The notes under the pieces: model-generated | Database searches by the model: none | The model's input: only the letters and a program-made list of their open reading frames with translations | Told to the model about the DNA's origin: nothing | Part shown: positions 24,140 through 35,700 of the stretch, piece after piece | Layout: each line of letters begins with the position of its first letter | Numbering within the stretch: position 1 is the stretch's first letter | Origin: Eimeria praecox | Lineage: Eukaryota | NCBI GenBank assembly: GCA_963920595.1 | Contig: OY986946.1 | Location: forward strand, 9,672,001 to 9,736,000 | Direction: 5' to 3' | DNA: 64,000 bases | Position numbers and translations under genes: made by a program

Positions 24140-27033
24140 CGCGTAATTTGTTGGAGCCTATGAGATGCGCGTTGGAGCTGAAATGGCTTCGTGGGCTTCC
24201 CTACGGCTGGCTGGCCGGGCTTCGAGGTGCTTCGCAGTACTTCACCGTGCTTTGGTGGGGTCCAGCCAGCGCGAAAGGCAAACAATGCCCTGATGAGTAA
24301 GCGTGGTAAGCGTGTAACACCGCTCCAAGGATAACAATTTCAACAAATCAAAGTACCATACGGGAGTCTGGGTGTGCAACATCCTGCACGTGTTGAAACA
24401 GGTATGATGGGGCTCTGCTTATGCAATATGCGATTGCCTGCGTTCGACGCTGTGCCACATCCAGCGGACCTGTCTATGTGCCATTGCTCTGTCGCTCATG
24501 CTAAATATCATAAGAGCCGCTAACAATTAGCCTGGGTTGCAAAACGTTATCACAGTATAGCAAAGATGAGGAACTTGTGATTCTGTGTACAACAGGGTTC
24601 CCTCAGTACCGCTTCAACTAAGCGTGCTCGTAGCTGTAATTTGGAGGCTCGATCTACCACCCCGGCAAGGCTACTGAGCTTTCCAAAAGGCCTTGCTGAA
24701 GCAGAGCAAACGTTAGGCGTTGTCAGAAAGCCGTTAATGCCTACAGCACGTTTGTACTGCTCTGCTCTTGCCTGCCTGCCTAGATGGGCCATGCAAGCAT
24801 TACGTAAGAGCTGAGGTGGTAGCGCTCAAATTATCCGAGTCTGCAAATGCTGCATGCAGACTTTGCAAAGTCCCTTAGTTGGCTTGTGTTCGTTCACTGC
24901 TGCTTCTGGAAGGGAACCTGCCAGTGGAGGGTTCATTTGTCCTTGCGAGGTGGGTCTATCTGTTTAGCGAGTAAGCAAGCAAACTCAAGAGTGCATTTGG
25001 GCGCTGCGGAGCATGAAATGTACTCTAGAGAATACTCGAGTGCATGTTTTTGTATTGCGTCACTAACAGCAAACTTATGCCCGCCTTAGATAATAGTACT
25101 AATAGTCCAGTAGACAGTAACCTCCTGTTCAGCCCAGGAAGGTCTGTGCGCATGGCGAAATGTAGATGGTGCGGTTCCCTGCGTCGGCGCAAATAGAGTT
25201 TATACGCTTTTGAAGGATGGCATACATAAAACCAGCGAATGACGTGTCTGAATAGGGGGGAAATATATCTGACTGCAATAGTCTGCGCATGCCACTCATA
25301 CAATCTAAGCGCACTCAGACTACTGCAACAAAGGCGGTTCGTTCTCAACAAAGAGGCACACACAAAAGTTGCGCTTTGCTAACTCAAAATACCTGTTGGG
25401 CACCTAACACCTATTTCGAAGTTTGTGTAACGCTACGGGAGTTCGAGAGACCTTGCGCTGGCTTAGGCCTGAGCGAAGCAAAGCCTTTATCAGCCTGGTG
25501 CTCCTGCACCAGCCTTCTCTGTGAAAACCACCTTTTCTATAAAGGTTTCCTAGCGCCGACAGACAGCAGGAGGTGCTGGATTAAGAACCTGCTTGCATTT
25601 CACTTGCCGCTTACATAGACTGTGAGCTGCCACTACTAAATGTGCCTCCACTGGCTTACAAAGCTTGATTGTACATGTTGGACCAGTGTAGGAGGCCTGA
25701 GCCCTTGCACGTTGAAATAATATGGAATGCGTTCAAAGCTACATACCGCGAATTAGCTCTTCTGTTCAACGGCCAATGCCAATGAGTGCTGGGGTATCCA
25801 TTAGACAATGTAGCATACTGCGTGGGCAACTAGCCAATAAAAAGCTCTTTTCCATTGCCGACATCTTTGAACGGCCGCTCCCGCACTTCCGGCATCTCAA
25901 GAATGGTCTGCCTCTGCCATGCGGTTGCTTATTCGGCTCCGAGAAATGCCCTCATGGCCACTTCGTTGCCTTAGCCATATGTATCTGTAGCCACAGCTAC
26001 AAAATCAGTCAAAGCGTCAAAAAGGCAGGGTGCGTTAGCATATTCGTAAAAATGAATAAATAAAACAGCCTGTATGCTTACCTTCACGCTGCTCAGCTTG
26101 CTGCGAAACTCCGTGGCATTTACGATAGTCCCCATAGTGTATGCGTTAGGTTAAATTGCTGGCCTCTGAAGGGCTCGCGTGCATTTGCAAGAGCAGCAGA
26201 AGGCATGCGGAGAGCTGTGACGAGTTATACATTCGTTGTTGAATGGCCTAAGTGCGAACTTCCCAGTGGCGTTCGTCCGTATAGGAGCGCTTACGCGGAG
26301 CCCCTGCTGCTTCTCTGGATTGGCTTGGACTCCAAGGAGATGCAGCAGCATTCTGCCAAAAACCGCCTTTCAACGGAACTGGCACTCCTTTTCCGGGTAA
26401 CGTGCTAACCTGTTCAGCAAGTAAGAAGGCAATTTTCGCAACTGTACTTCCCACTGCGCGACATAAGTAACGCGATCCCATCGCTTGCGAATTCTCCAAC
26501 AACTGTATGCTTTGTCGCATGCATTTCGCTTGCGCTCTAGTGGGTGCGTTTTGAAACAAAAGAAGAGACGCGTCCCAATCTAACAAGATGATTAACAAGC
26601 ACCTGGGCAGTCGGAAGCATGCATAGTACTACAGGCGACTGCGCGGGCTTCTCAGGCAACGCACGTGCACTCAAACACAGAGGTTCCACTGTGTTAAGAG
26701 GAAGATTTGTCATGAGCCAAGGGGCCGACGAAAGAAAAATCCGCTTACTTTCCGATAACCTATGTGCTCCACTAAGCAGCAGTGTAAATCTAGGCGGGTC
26801 AAACGGCTTTGCGCTGGCGCAGCCGCCAAGGAAACAAGTGTTCATCCGCCTCGTGCCCCTGCGGTAGTCTGACACGGTTTTACGTATACGCAATGCCTCT
26901 GCATGCGCCGGATTCCCCATTGGTGCCAATGATAAGCAGGTGATGGTATGACAAGCTAGCCAATTGCGCTTGTGGCTTGCGTAGCCTGTGAGATTCCACT
27001 ATTTCATGCATTTCGATTGCCCAACCCAATCTG
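24140..27033. other. 2,894-bp segment present in HOR1 and absent from HOR2
   Basis: HOR2 reads cagggcatg|attgtacgtgttcgaac at 51421-51446. This joins the equivalents of 24139 and 27034 across a shared TG. Confidence 0.95.
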
Positions 27034-27179
27034 ATTGTACGTGTTCGAACGGTGCAAATGTCGGGTGGCCGTGTAGGTTGATTTGCTAAAGATTTTGCGA
27101 AAAGGGCATCTGCCCAATACAATCCTCTACGCAATGGTAAACTAGAGTACGTGGTGGGGTATCCTTTAACTATATAAAC

Positions 27180-29370
27180 CGCAGTGCGTGGACAACTAGC
27201 AGACCAAAATGCATCTGCCTTGCTGATAGCTTAAACCCTCAATTCCCGTAGACTATTTCAATTAGGCTGCTGCAGTGCTTTGTGTTGATGCACTGCCCTC
27301 CTTGCAGGTTGAAACTTTGTAGAGGCAACGACGTCACGTGCATAGCCTGTACGCTTGCTGGCCTTCCTGAAACATGTGAACCCCTATCGCCAGTGTGCGC
27401 AGTGTGCAAGGGCGCAGCATGACCAACTAACTGTGCCAGCTCGTAGGATTGGTAACGAATGCACAGCACATCAACGCGCGTGCAGCGGGAGTGGAGTGAG
27501 AATGCTAGACAGTGCAAAGGGTAGTGCGGAATGCTATTCCGAGTAGTGGCGTCGCCTCGTGCGTTGCCCTGCTTTAACACCATATTTCAATTTGCTTGCT
27601 CACCAACTAATGCCTGTGGTGTGCTGGTAGATGCGTGTGCTGCAGTGGTGGGGCTACAATGCCTGCAGGGACTGCACGCGTCACGCGCTGGTGCTCTGCA
27701 TTTGCCGGGCGTAGGCAGAGTACTAGCCGACAATAAGGCACGTCAATGAGGGATTCGGTGCTACAGGTGCCTCCTCAATGCAGAAAGTGGGTCCGCGTGT
27801 GTCTAATGCACGATTTAAAAAGCGCTTTGTGTGACAGGGGAATGGGCACTCCACAATATCGAGGAAGGGCGGAATGCTCCAGGTATCACCGTGCTTACAG
27901 TGCAGCGTCTACCTGTTCCAATGACCCAGTAGGGGATATGTTCAAGGTTCGGGGCGACGCCGATATCGTGGTTCAGCATGCTTGCTCACTGATGAGAGGC
28001 CGTGGATGTGCTGTTAAAACAGCCGAGCAGAATGCGCACTGAGCTATCCATTGTAGAATAGACCATAGTGCGTGGGCAGCTAGCCAACCAAAATGCATAC
28101 GGGCTGCCGATAGCTTAAACCCTCAATCCCCGTACAGCTGCTGCAGTGCTGTTTGCCGATGCATTGCCCGCCTTGCAGGTTGAAACTTTGTAGAGGCAAC
28201 GACGTCACGTGCATAGCCTGTACGCTTGCTGGCCTTCCTGAAACATGTGAACCCCTATCGCCAGTGTGTGCAGTGTGCAAGGGCGCAGCATGACCAACTA
28301 ACTGTGCCAGCTCGTAGGATTGGTAACGAATGCACAGCATATCAACGCGCGTGCAGCGGGAGTGGAGTGAGAATGCTAGACAGTGCAAAGGGTAGTGCGG
28401 AATGCTATTCCGAGTAGGGGCGTCCCCTCGTGCGTTGCCCTGCTTTAACACCATATTTCAATTTGCTTGCTCACCAACTAATGCCTGTGGTGTGCTGGTA
28501 GGTGCGTGTGCTGCAGTGGTGGGGCTACAATGCCTGCAGGGACTGCACGCGTCACGCGCTGGTGCTCTGCATTTGCTGGGCGCAGGCAGAGTACTAGCCG
28601 ACAATAAGGCACGTCAATGAGGGATTCGGTGCTACAGGTGCCTCCTCAATGCAGCAAGTGGGTCCGCGTGTGTCTAATGCACGATTTAAAAAGCGCTTTG
28701 TGTGACAGGGGAATGGGCACTCCACAATATCGAGGAAGGGCGGAATGCTCCAGGTATCACCGTGCTTACAGTGCAGCGTCTACCTGTTCCAATGACCCAG
28801 TAGGGGATATGTTCAAGGTTCGGGGCGACGCCGATATCGTGGTTCAGCATGCTTGCTCACTGATGAGAGGCCGTGGATGTGCTGTTAAAACAGCCGAGCA
28901 GAATGCACACTGAGCTATCCATTGTAGAATAGACCATAGTGCGTGGGCAGCTAGCCAACCAAAATGCATACGGGCTGCCGATAGCTTAAACCCTCAATCC
29001 CCGTACAGCTGCTGCAGTGCTGTTTGCCGATGCATTGCCCGCCTTGCAGGTTGAAACTTTGTAGAGGCAACGACGTCACGTGCATAGCCTGTACGCTTGC
29101 TGGCCTTCCTGAAACATGTGAACCCCTATCGCCAGTGTGTGCAGTGTGCAAGGGCGCAGCATGACCAACTAACTGTGCCAGCTCGTAGGATTGGTAACGA
29201 ATGCACAGCATATCAACGCGCGTGCAGCGGGAGTGGAGTGAGAATGCTAGATAGTACAAAGGGTAGTTCGGGGTGGCTTAGGCTAGTGCGTTACCCTGCT
29301 TCAACAGCGTATTTCAGTTTGCTTGCTCACCAACTAATGCCCGTGGTGTGCTGATAGATGGGTGTGCGTT
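27180..29370. repeat. 871-bp tandem repeat, about 2.5 copies
   Basis: Matching ORFs at 27355, 28226 and 29097, and at 27746 and 28617 (offset 871). HOR2 lacks exactly 1742 bp here. Confidence 0.96.
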
Positions 29371-30863
29371 AGTGGCGCTGCAAAGTCAGCGGGAGCCCCC
29401 CCGCATTAAGCGCTAGTGAGCCGTATTCGCTACAACCATACAGAAGGTATGCCCGCATGCATGCGTTGCAATATAAAATGGAGTGTTTCGTATTTGAAAA
29501 TGAAGCAATCACCTTGCAGCGGGGGGGTTCGACTGACATGCGTAGGAGCGATTCACGGCGTTGGGGGATTCATGCTTGACCTGAATGCTGCCGATCGTGT
29601 CGTGTTGTCAACAAAAACCCTCGAAACCGAGGGTGCTCCCATGCTGCTGCTTAGGCAGGAACGAGGTACAGGCAATGAATTGGCAAAAAGGATATTTGGT
29701 TTGATGGAAATCCGCATTCCATGGCTTCGTGGAAGAGCAGTGTGCTCCAGCGAAATAGCGAAATGGTAGGCGCACCAACAAGCGTCCACGATTCGCCATT
29801 ATGATGCAGCACATTGAATTAACGAGGGTGCGACGGGAGGGGATTAGGAATTCGAGAGTCTGAAGGATAATGCGGAGCGGTGGCCTTCCCTAACGGACCA
29901 GGAGGGAATGTAGCTAGGGCTTGCCGTGGCAACAATGCCGTACCCCAAGTTGCTTCTCTAGCGAGAAGAGAATGTGGACATATGGGCGTGCGGCCGAAGT
30001 GCTGCAAAGCCAGCAAGAGGTCTCAGTTTCACGAGCTAGAGCTCTGAAAACACAATATGCATTTTGTTCGTTGGCGAACCTCGCCCTCTGCTAGGGATTC
30101 AGCTGCACTCTTAGCATGGCTGGCACACCGTGTCCTGATTCATCCAACTAAAATCATGTTGGGATGCACCCGTAATCCTGCACAAGGACAGAACAAGGAG
30201 AATGTTGGCTTTTGAGTTGTAGCCGCTGATCCAGGCTCAGGTGTGAAGCCAGTGGGACTGCACGTAAAGCTGGCTACTGCTTGGGGTCCTCTGCGGAAAG
30301 GAAATCAGCTAGGACTGCACAGTGTTCAAGGTAGCATTGCGCTGCATCCTTTAGCGGATGAGCAGCATGTGGCGAATATGTTGTTGACTTCCCGTTGAAC
30401 ATCTGTGTGGGCACGGGACTTGCGGCAGTTGCACTATGGCTGTTTAAATTTGTGCCACGACTGAAGCGCTGGCTGAACATAAAGACATGACCGCACGGCA
30501 AAATTGGCATTTTCAGCCCTGCTGAGGGGCCCAATGACTCGTTTGATTCGTCCTCATTCATCATGCGCACTGCATCAAAATGGCACCCACGAAATCTGGA
30601 GTAACTGCTTCTGGCGTCTGCCAGCACAGCCGCCCGTCAGCTTGACTCGCCAGGCGCTGTGGGACACAGACAAGCTTCATTATGTGGATACGGACCTGAA
30701 TGAAAGTATTTCAGACACTATACGCGGGCGCCCTGGGTCTGGCCGGCATTAGCTTGCGCTTCCACAGTTTCGCCCTTCGGCGGCTGCTGTCCACTACTCT
30801 AACCACGAACTTGCTACTACTGAGGACCTTTAGAGGCAGGTGCGCGCACACAGCCTGCTTAGT

Positions 30864-32750
30864 GCGATGCGGCTTGAGTTCATTACATGCATGCCTACGG
30901 AATGGACTCGAAGGACGTACTTAGGTTTGCCATGCTATCATATTAAGAAAATCATATTAGGATGCCTTACCGTCTGGAAGGGCATTGGGGTTCAGGACGT
31001 ATGTTTGCATTGGCTCGGGGGGTGCTGCGTTCGTGGAAGGCGATAGTCGTTGGCCGTTGGACCACAAGTGTTTACAGGCCGCATCTTGCTTAGAGTTATG
31101 CCGCACGAGTGGCGCGTCAGGTTGTGTTGATGCCTAGAGTGTTTTGGCGGTTAGGCTGTGTTCGTGGGTTCTTTCAGTGCCTTGTCTCGCCAACCGTCGC
31201 TCCGAGATGTGGCTGTCTATATTAGGTCATCCGTCTAGCAGTCGTGGAAACATATGTCGGTCTTCCAGTGCATCCTTTGGTTCGGCGCAACTCGGCGTGA
31301 CGTGCGCTGCAGTCCAAACGACAATGCATGTATATGGCTCTCCGCAAAAGGCGATTCACGTAGCAATTCGTGGCAAGGCGCTGTTAACAGAGGCGGCGCT
31401 CGCCTTTAAATTCGGGTGTGCTTCGGCCAAACAACAGAAGTGCAGATTCGTGTTCACTGGCGTTGCTCTCTCGCGTGGCAGGGTTTCTGTCACAGTTCGG
31501 CAATTTCAGTTGTTTGCATCCCTATTTTGTCGGACGTTGTGCATGCGTGCCGTAGTCTGTGAGTTGACGAGCCATCCATCTGGCACCGTGGCCTAAACAG
31601 CAGTCGATTGTTTCTGCGCCATTTGCAGAAGCCTGCTGTTCTTTAGAGCTAGGGCGAAGCATGACAGCTGGGCGTGTCCTTCAATAGAAGGACAAGGCGG
31701 AAAGCGTGGTGGCCTCTGTGCAGAATGCCGTTCATGATTGCAGCGCTGGACCTCAGTAGAACTCTAGCTTAGCTCTTACGCCATTGGGCAAAGTATGCGT
31801 CTGCCTGGACAGTGGTGAGCGACGTCCTAAATCGTGGTGCAGATGTTGCAAAAACGTGTTTTGCTGAGCGCTCCAGCAGTTGAATTCCGAGGTAGTCTTG
31901 CGCGTGGGCAGGAGGCCTGAGCTGGGGAATGTTTGGCAGGGGCGTGAGCAAGAGTATGTTCTGCGATGTTTGCATCGTGCGGATAGTGTTTGCATAGGCT
32001 AATCAATTCGTTTTGCAGGTGATGGTGCACATGGAGGGTGGAGCTAAGGTGTGAGGCTGGCGGCAACCGGCGATGTGGGCCGCTTTGATTAGATGCTGGT
32101 GGATGGAATGGACTCGAAGGACATACCTACGTATGGCATGCTATCATATTAAGAAAATCATATTAGGATGCCTTACCGTCTGGAAGGACATTGGGGTTCA
32201 GGACGTATGTTTGCATTGGCTCGGGGGGTGCTGCGTTCGTGGAAGGCGATAGTCGTTGGCCGTCGGACGTTGCACAAGTGTTTACAGGCCGCATCTTGCT
32301 TAGAATTATGCCGCACGAGTGGCGCGTCAGGTTGTGTTGATGCCTAGAGTGTTTTGGCGGTTAGGCTGTGTTCGTGGGTTCTTTCAGTGCTTTGTCTCGC
32401 CAACCGTCGCTCCGAGATGTGGCTGTCTATATTAGTTCATCCGTCTAGCAGTCGTGGAAACATATGTCGGTCTTCCAGTGCATCCTTTGGTTCGGCGCAA
32501 CTCGGCGTGACGTGCGCTGCAGTCCAAACGACAATGCATGTATATGGCTCTCCGCAAAAGGCGATTCACGTAGCAATTCGTGGCAAGGCGCTGTTAACAG
32601 AGGCGGCGCTCGCCTTTAAATTCGGGTGTGCTTCGGCCAAACAACAGAAGTGCAGATTCGTGTTCACTGGCGTTGCTCTCTCGCGTGGGAGGGTTTCTGT
32701 CGCAGTTCGGCAATTTCAGTTGTTCGCATCCCTATTTTGTCGGACGTTGT
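30864..32750. repeat. 1210-bp tandem repeat, array 2 (about 1.55 units)
   Basis: ORF copies at 31144 and 32354. The first unit has a 4-bp deletion near 31062. It exits at the same point as array 1. Confidence 0.96.
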
Positions 32751-35700
32751 GTGCTGTCTTCATGGGTTCGTTCAGTGCTTTAGTTCGCCACCGTTGCCCG
32801 CAGGTGTGACTGTCTGCTAGCTAATCCGTCTGGCAGTCGTGCAAGCATATGTCGGTCTTCCAGTGCATCCTTGGGTTCGGCACAACTCGGCGTGACGTGC
32901 GCGTGAGTGCAAACGGCATTGCATGCATATGGCCCTACTCCACTTAGAAAATTGTGGCAGAGTTGTTATTCACGGAGGTGCCTCTGGCAACTGAGTTCCA
33001 ATGTGCTTGGCCCACCCAAGAGTCGTGCAGCTTCGTGTTCACTGGCTTTGGTCTCTCGCGGCAGCGTTTATGGAACAGTTAGACAGTTCCAGTTGTTCTC
33101 ATCACTATTTTGTTGGCTATGTCCGCAGATATTTGCGAGGCAGCAGCGGGGTATGCTAGGGGGTTGTGGTGCGTTGCTGTGGCTGTGGTCTTCCACAACA
33201 TTAGACCATTTGATGGTGGGGACTGATACGTGGAGGGAGCACAGCGTTGCGGTTTCAGGGTTCAGGGTATGTGACGGGGTGTTTCACAGGAGGTACGCCC
33301 GGTGGCGCATTGGGCCTGTGTAAAGATGGCTGAGGATTTATTTAGCTTGGCTCGCTGGATCTTCGGGAATTGCAGCATTAGACGTGCTGAGTATTGGAGC
33401 AGATATTTGCGCGGCAGCAGCGGGTTATGCTAGTGTTGTGTGGGGCCTTGCAGTCGATGTGGTGTTCCGCAGCATTAGACCAGTTGAATGTGGAGATGGA
33501 TATTTGGAGGGAGCACAGCGCTGGCGTTTCAGGGTTCAGGGTGTGTGGCGGTACATCTGATGGGTGTTTCACAGGAGGTACGCACGCCGGCGCATTTGGC
33601 TGTGGATTAAGCTGGGCTCGCTGGATCTTTGGGAATGGCAGCAGTTCAAGTGCTGCGTACTTCCGCAGATATTTGCGCGGCAGGAGCGGGGTATGCTAGC
33701 GGTGTATGTGGCGTTGCACTCAGCGCGTTGTTCAACAGGACTACGAAATATGAGGCGTCTGGGCTGCAGGACGCTACAAGGGTGTGCATGCGAAACTGTT
33801 TTGTAGCGTGGGCTGCGCAGAAACACGCAGAACATGAGGTATTGCCGGTGGATCTTGCAGGGCGGGAAACTAGCCTGTCAAGCACTCTAACGAGGGGCGG
33901 TCGTTTTGTGCCAGTGTGTTGTTGCTTCAGCCAGTAAGCAGCCTGTGTGGTTGGGTGCTTGTAACGCCGCGCACCAGGCCTCTGGGGGGTGTTTTATGCA
34001 GCGCTGGCGGAATGTGTGGCTGTATTGCGAGGCGAGTATAGCTGCGCATGCATGTGAAGACAGCCTTGTAGTATCCGCACATGATATGTATTCCCCAGGC
34101 AGCTCCCAGATGAGGCGGAGACGTTGGAGTGGATCTGTGGCATATGCTACGGCTCTAAGGACGGCAAAAACAACTGCGCTTGAGTCAGGGATACCGGAAC
34201 TCGGTGGCTGCAGCTTTTGCGCGCGTGGTCGACGAAAAATGCCCAGCACTGATATGTGCGGACGTTACGGTAGGCTGTGCGTTGGCATTCCATTAAGTGG
34301 CCCCAGACCCAGATGCCAGACTTCTGTTTTACTTCCTTAGCAGCATTTTGACTCGAACGGGGCTGAAGGGTCAACGCCAGCCCATGTCACAATGAGCACC
34401 CAACTTTTAGGAAGCGCGAAGCGTGCACGATCTTCGACACTGTATAGAGAGGTGCGAGGTGCTGATAGCGCGCAGGGCGTGCAGAAATCTGCGGAACATG
34501 GTGTGTGTGGGCTTGAGGATTTGCAGGACTGCTGAGCAGTTTTGCAGGACGCTACGGAGAGAGGCGGCTTTGGAGTGGCTATGCATTGCTGCATCCAGCC
34601 AGTAAGGGGACAGTGTGGGCGAAGGCTTGGAACGCTGTGTATGAGGCATTCTGGGAACGTTTAGGCAGTGCTTCTAAGGCAGCCAAAAGTACGCCGATGG
34701 GCCGGTTGGTTGCGTGCAGTGCATGCAGCCGCAAACAATCTTGTGGCTTCAGCATGCAGACACCCTTGTTGCTTGAGCACACATTTCCGCCCCTGCACTT
34801 TGTAGGAAGCTCCAGAGTAGGCTGCATGAATGTGGCCGCGCTTGCCGGCTTTGCATCAGCCGACCGACCTAGCTCACTCGGCGCTTTGTGTTTTGGTGGG
34901 GTAGCATGCGCAACTTGGATGACATTGTACTGGCTAGCGCAGAACCAGCGTGGTGGTGGTAGTTATCTCTCTATTACGGGTTTTAAGGGGGCAAAGCATG
35001 CGATGCGAGATACGAGCCCCCGCAAGATTGCTTACAGGATTTTGAAACGGGTAGCCCTAAGCATTTGCTGCTGTTCAGTGAGACGCCGGCGTCACAGTTT
35101 GTCTGTGGCATACATTGCTGTGGGCCCAAGCACACAGGAGTTTTGAATGTGAATTTACGCTGCCTATGTGTCGGCCAAAACGATGCAAGCGCGTGAAAAC
35201 GTCTTCACGTTTTGCCGGGTCCTGAGAAAGCCAAGTGAGTGCTCTGCATGTGCTGTGATAGGCGGTGCGTTAAAGCATTTCTTGTGTCTTGTTGGGTATG
35301 ACATTCTTAGGCACTGCTTCTTGCTCAGGTCGAACCAATCATGAGCGGTGGCTGGCTAGGCACGTTGTGTCCAACGCGCTGGCTGCACAGCTTTGGAGCC
35401 GCTTTTGGATACATGAGGAGCAATGATATTGGGTCTATGGAGGACTTTTGCGAGTGGCCAGAGTAGCGGTGATTAAGGGCACATTCATTGTAGCTGTTGT
35501 TTAGCACCGGCTATTGTTGCGTTTAGCCTGTACGTAAACGGCATCAGCGGTGGAATGCGCACTTTCGCAGTAGCCACCACTAAAAACTCATGGGTGCCGC
35601 CGTTGAGACGATCAACCTTAAGTGTACTCAAAATGATGCGCCGGTGATTCTGCGTGCTTTTGAAAGCGTTTGTTACCACACACGCGTTGCCAGTAGAGTT

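Larger units (their letters stand above)
1..30863. repeat. Higher-order repeat unit HOR1 (starts before the window)
   Basis: Collinear and near-identical to 30864-53525. Matching ORF-track entries step through offsets 30696 (448/31144), 29300 (6754/36054), about 27290 (22718/50009), 24396 (27134/51530) and 22662 (30274/52936). Confidence 0.97.

Noticed and set aside
25438..25455. Pol III B-box-like ggagttcgagagacc (tRNA or SINE?)
   Set aside because: Imperfect B box, with no A box or cloverleaf found.
24140..27033. Calling the HOR1-only segment a transposon
   Set aside because: No TIRs, LTRs, poly-A tail, long target-site duplication or transposase/RT ORF were seen.
34586..35146. 186-aa ORF in the 1.5-kb unit
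   Set aside because: Paralogues at 3784 and 5286 end earlier through a frameshift or stop, and there is no domain similarity.
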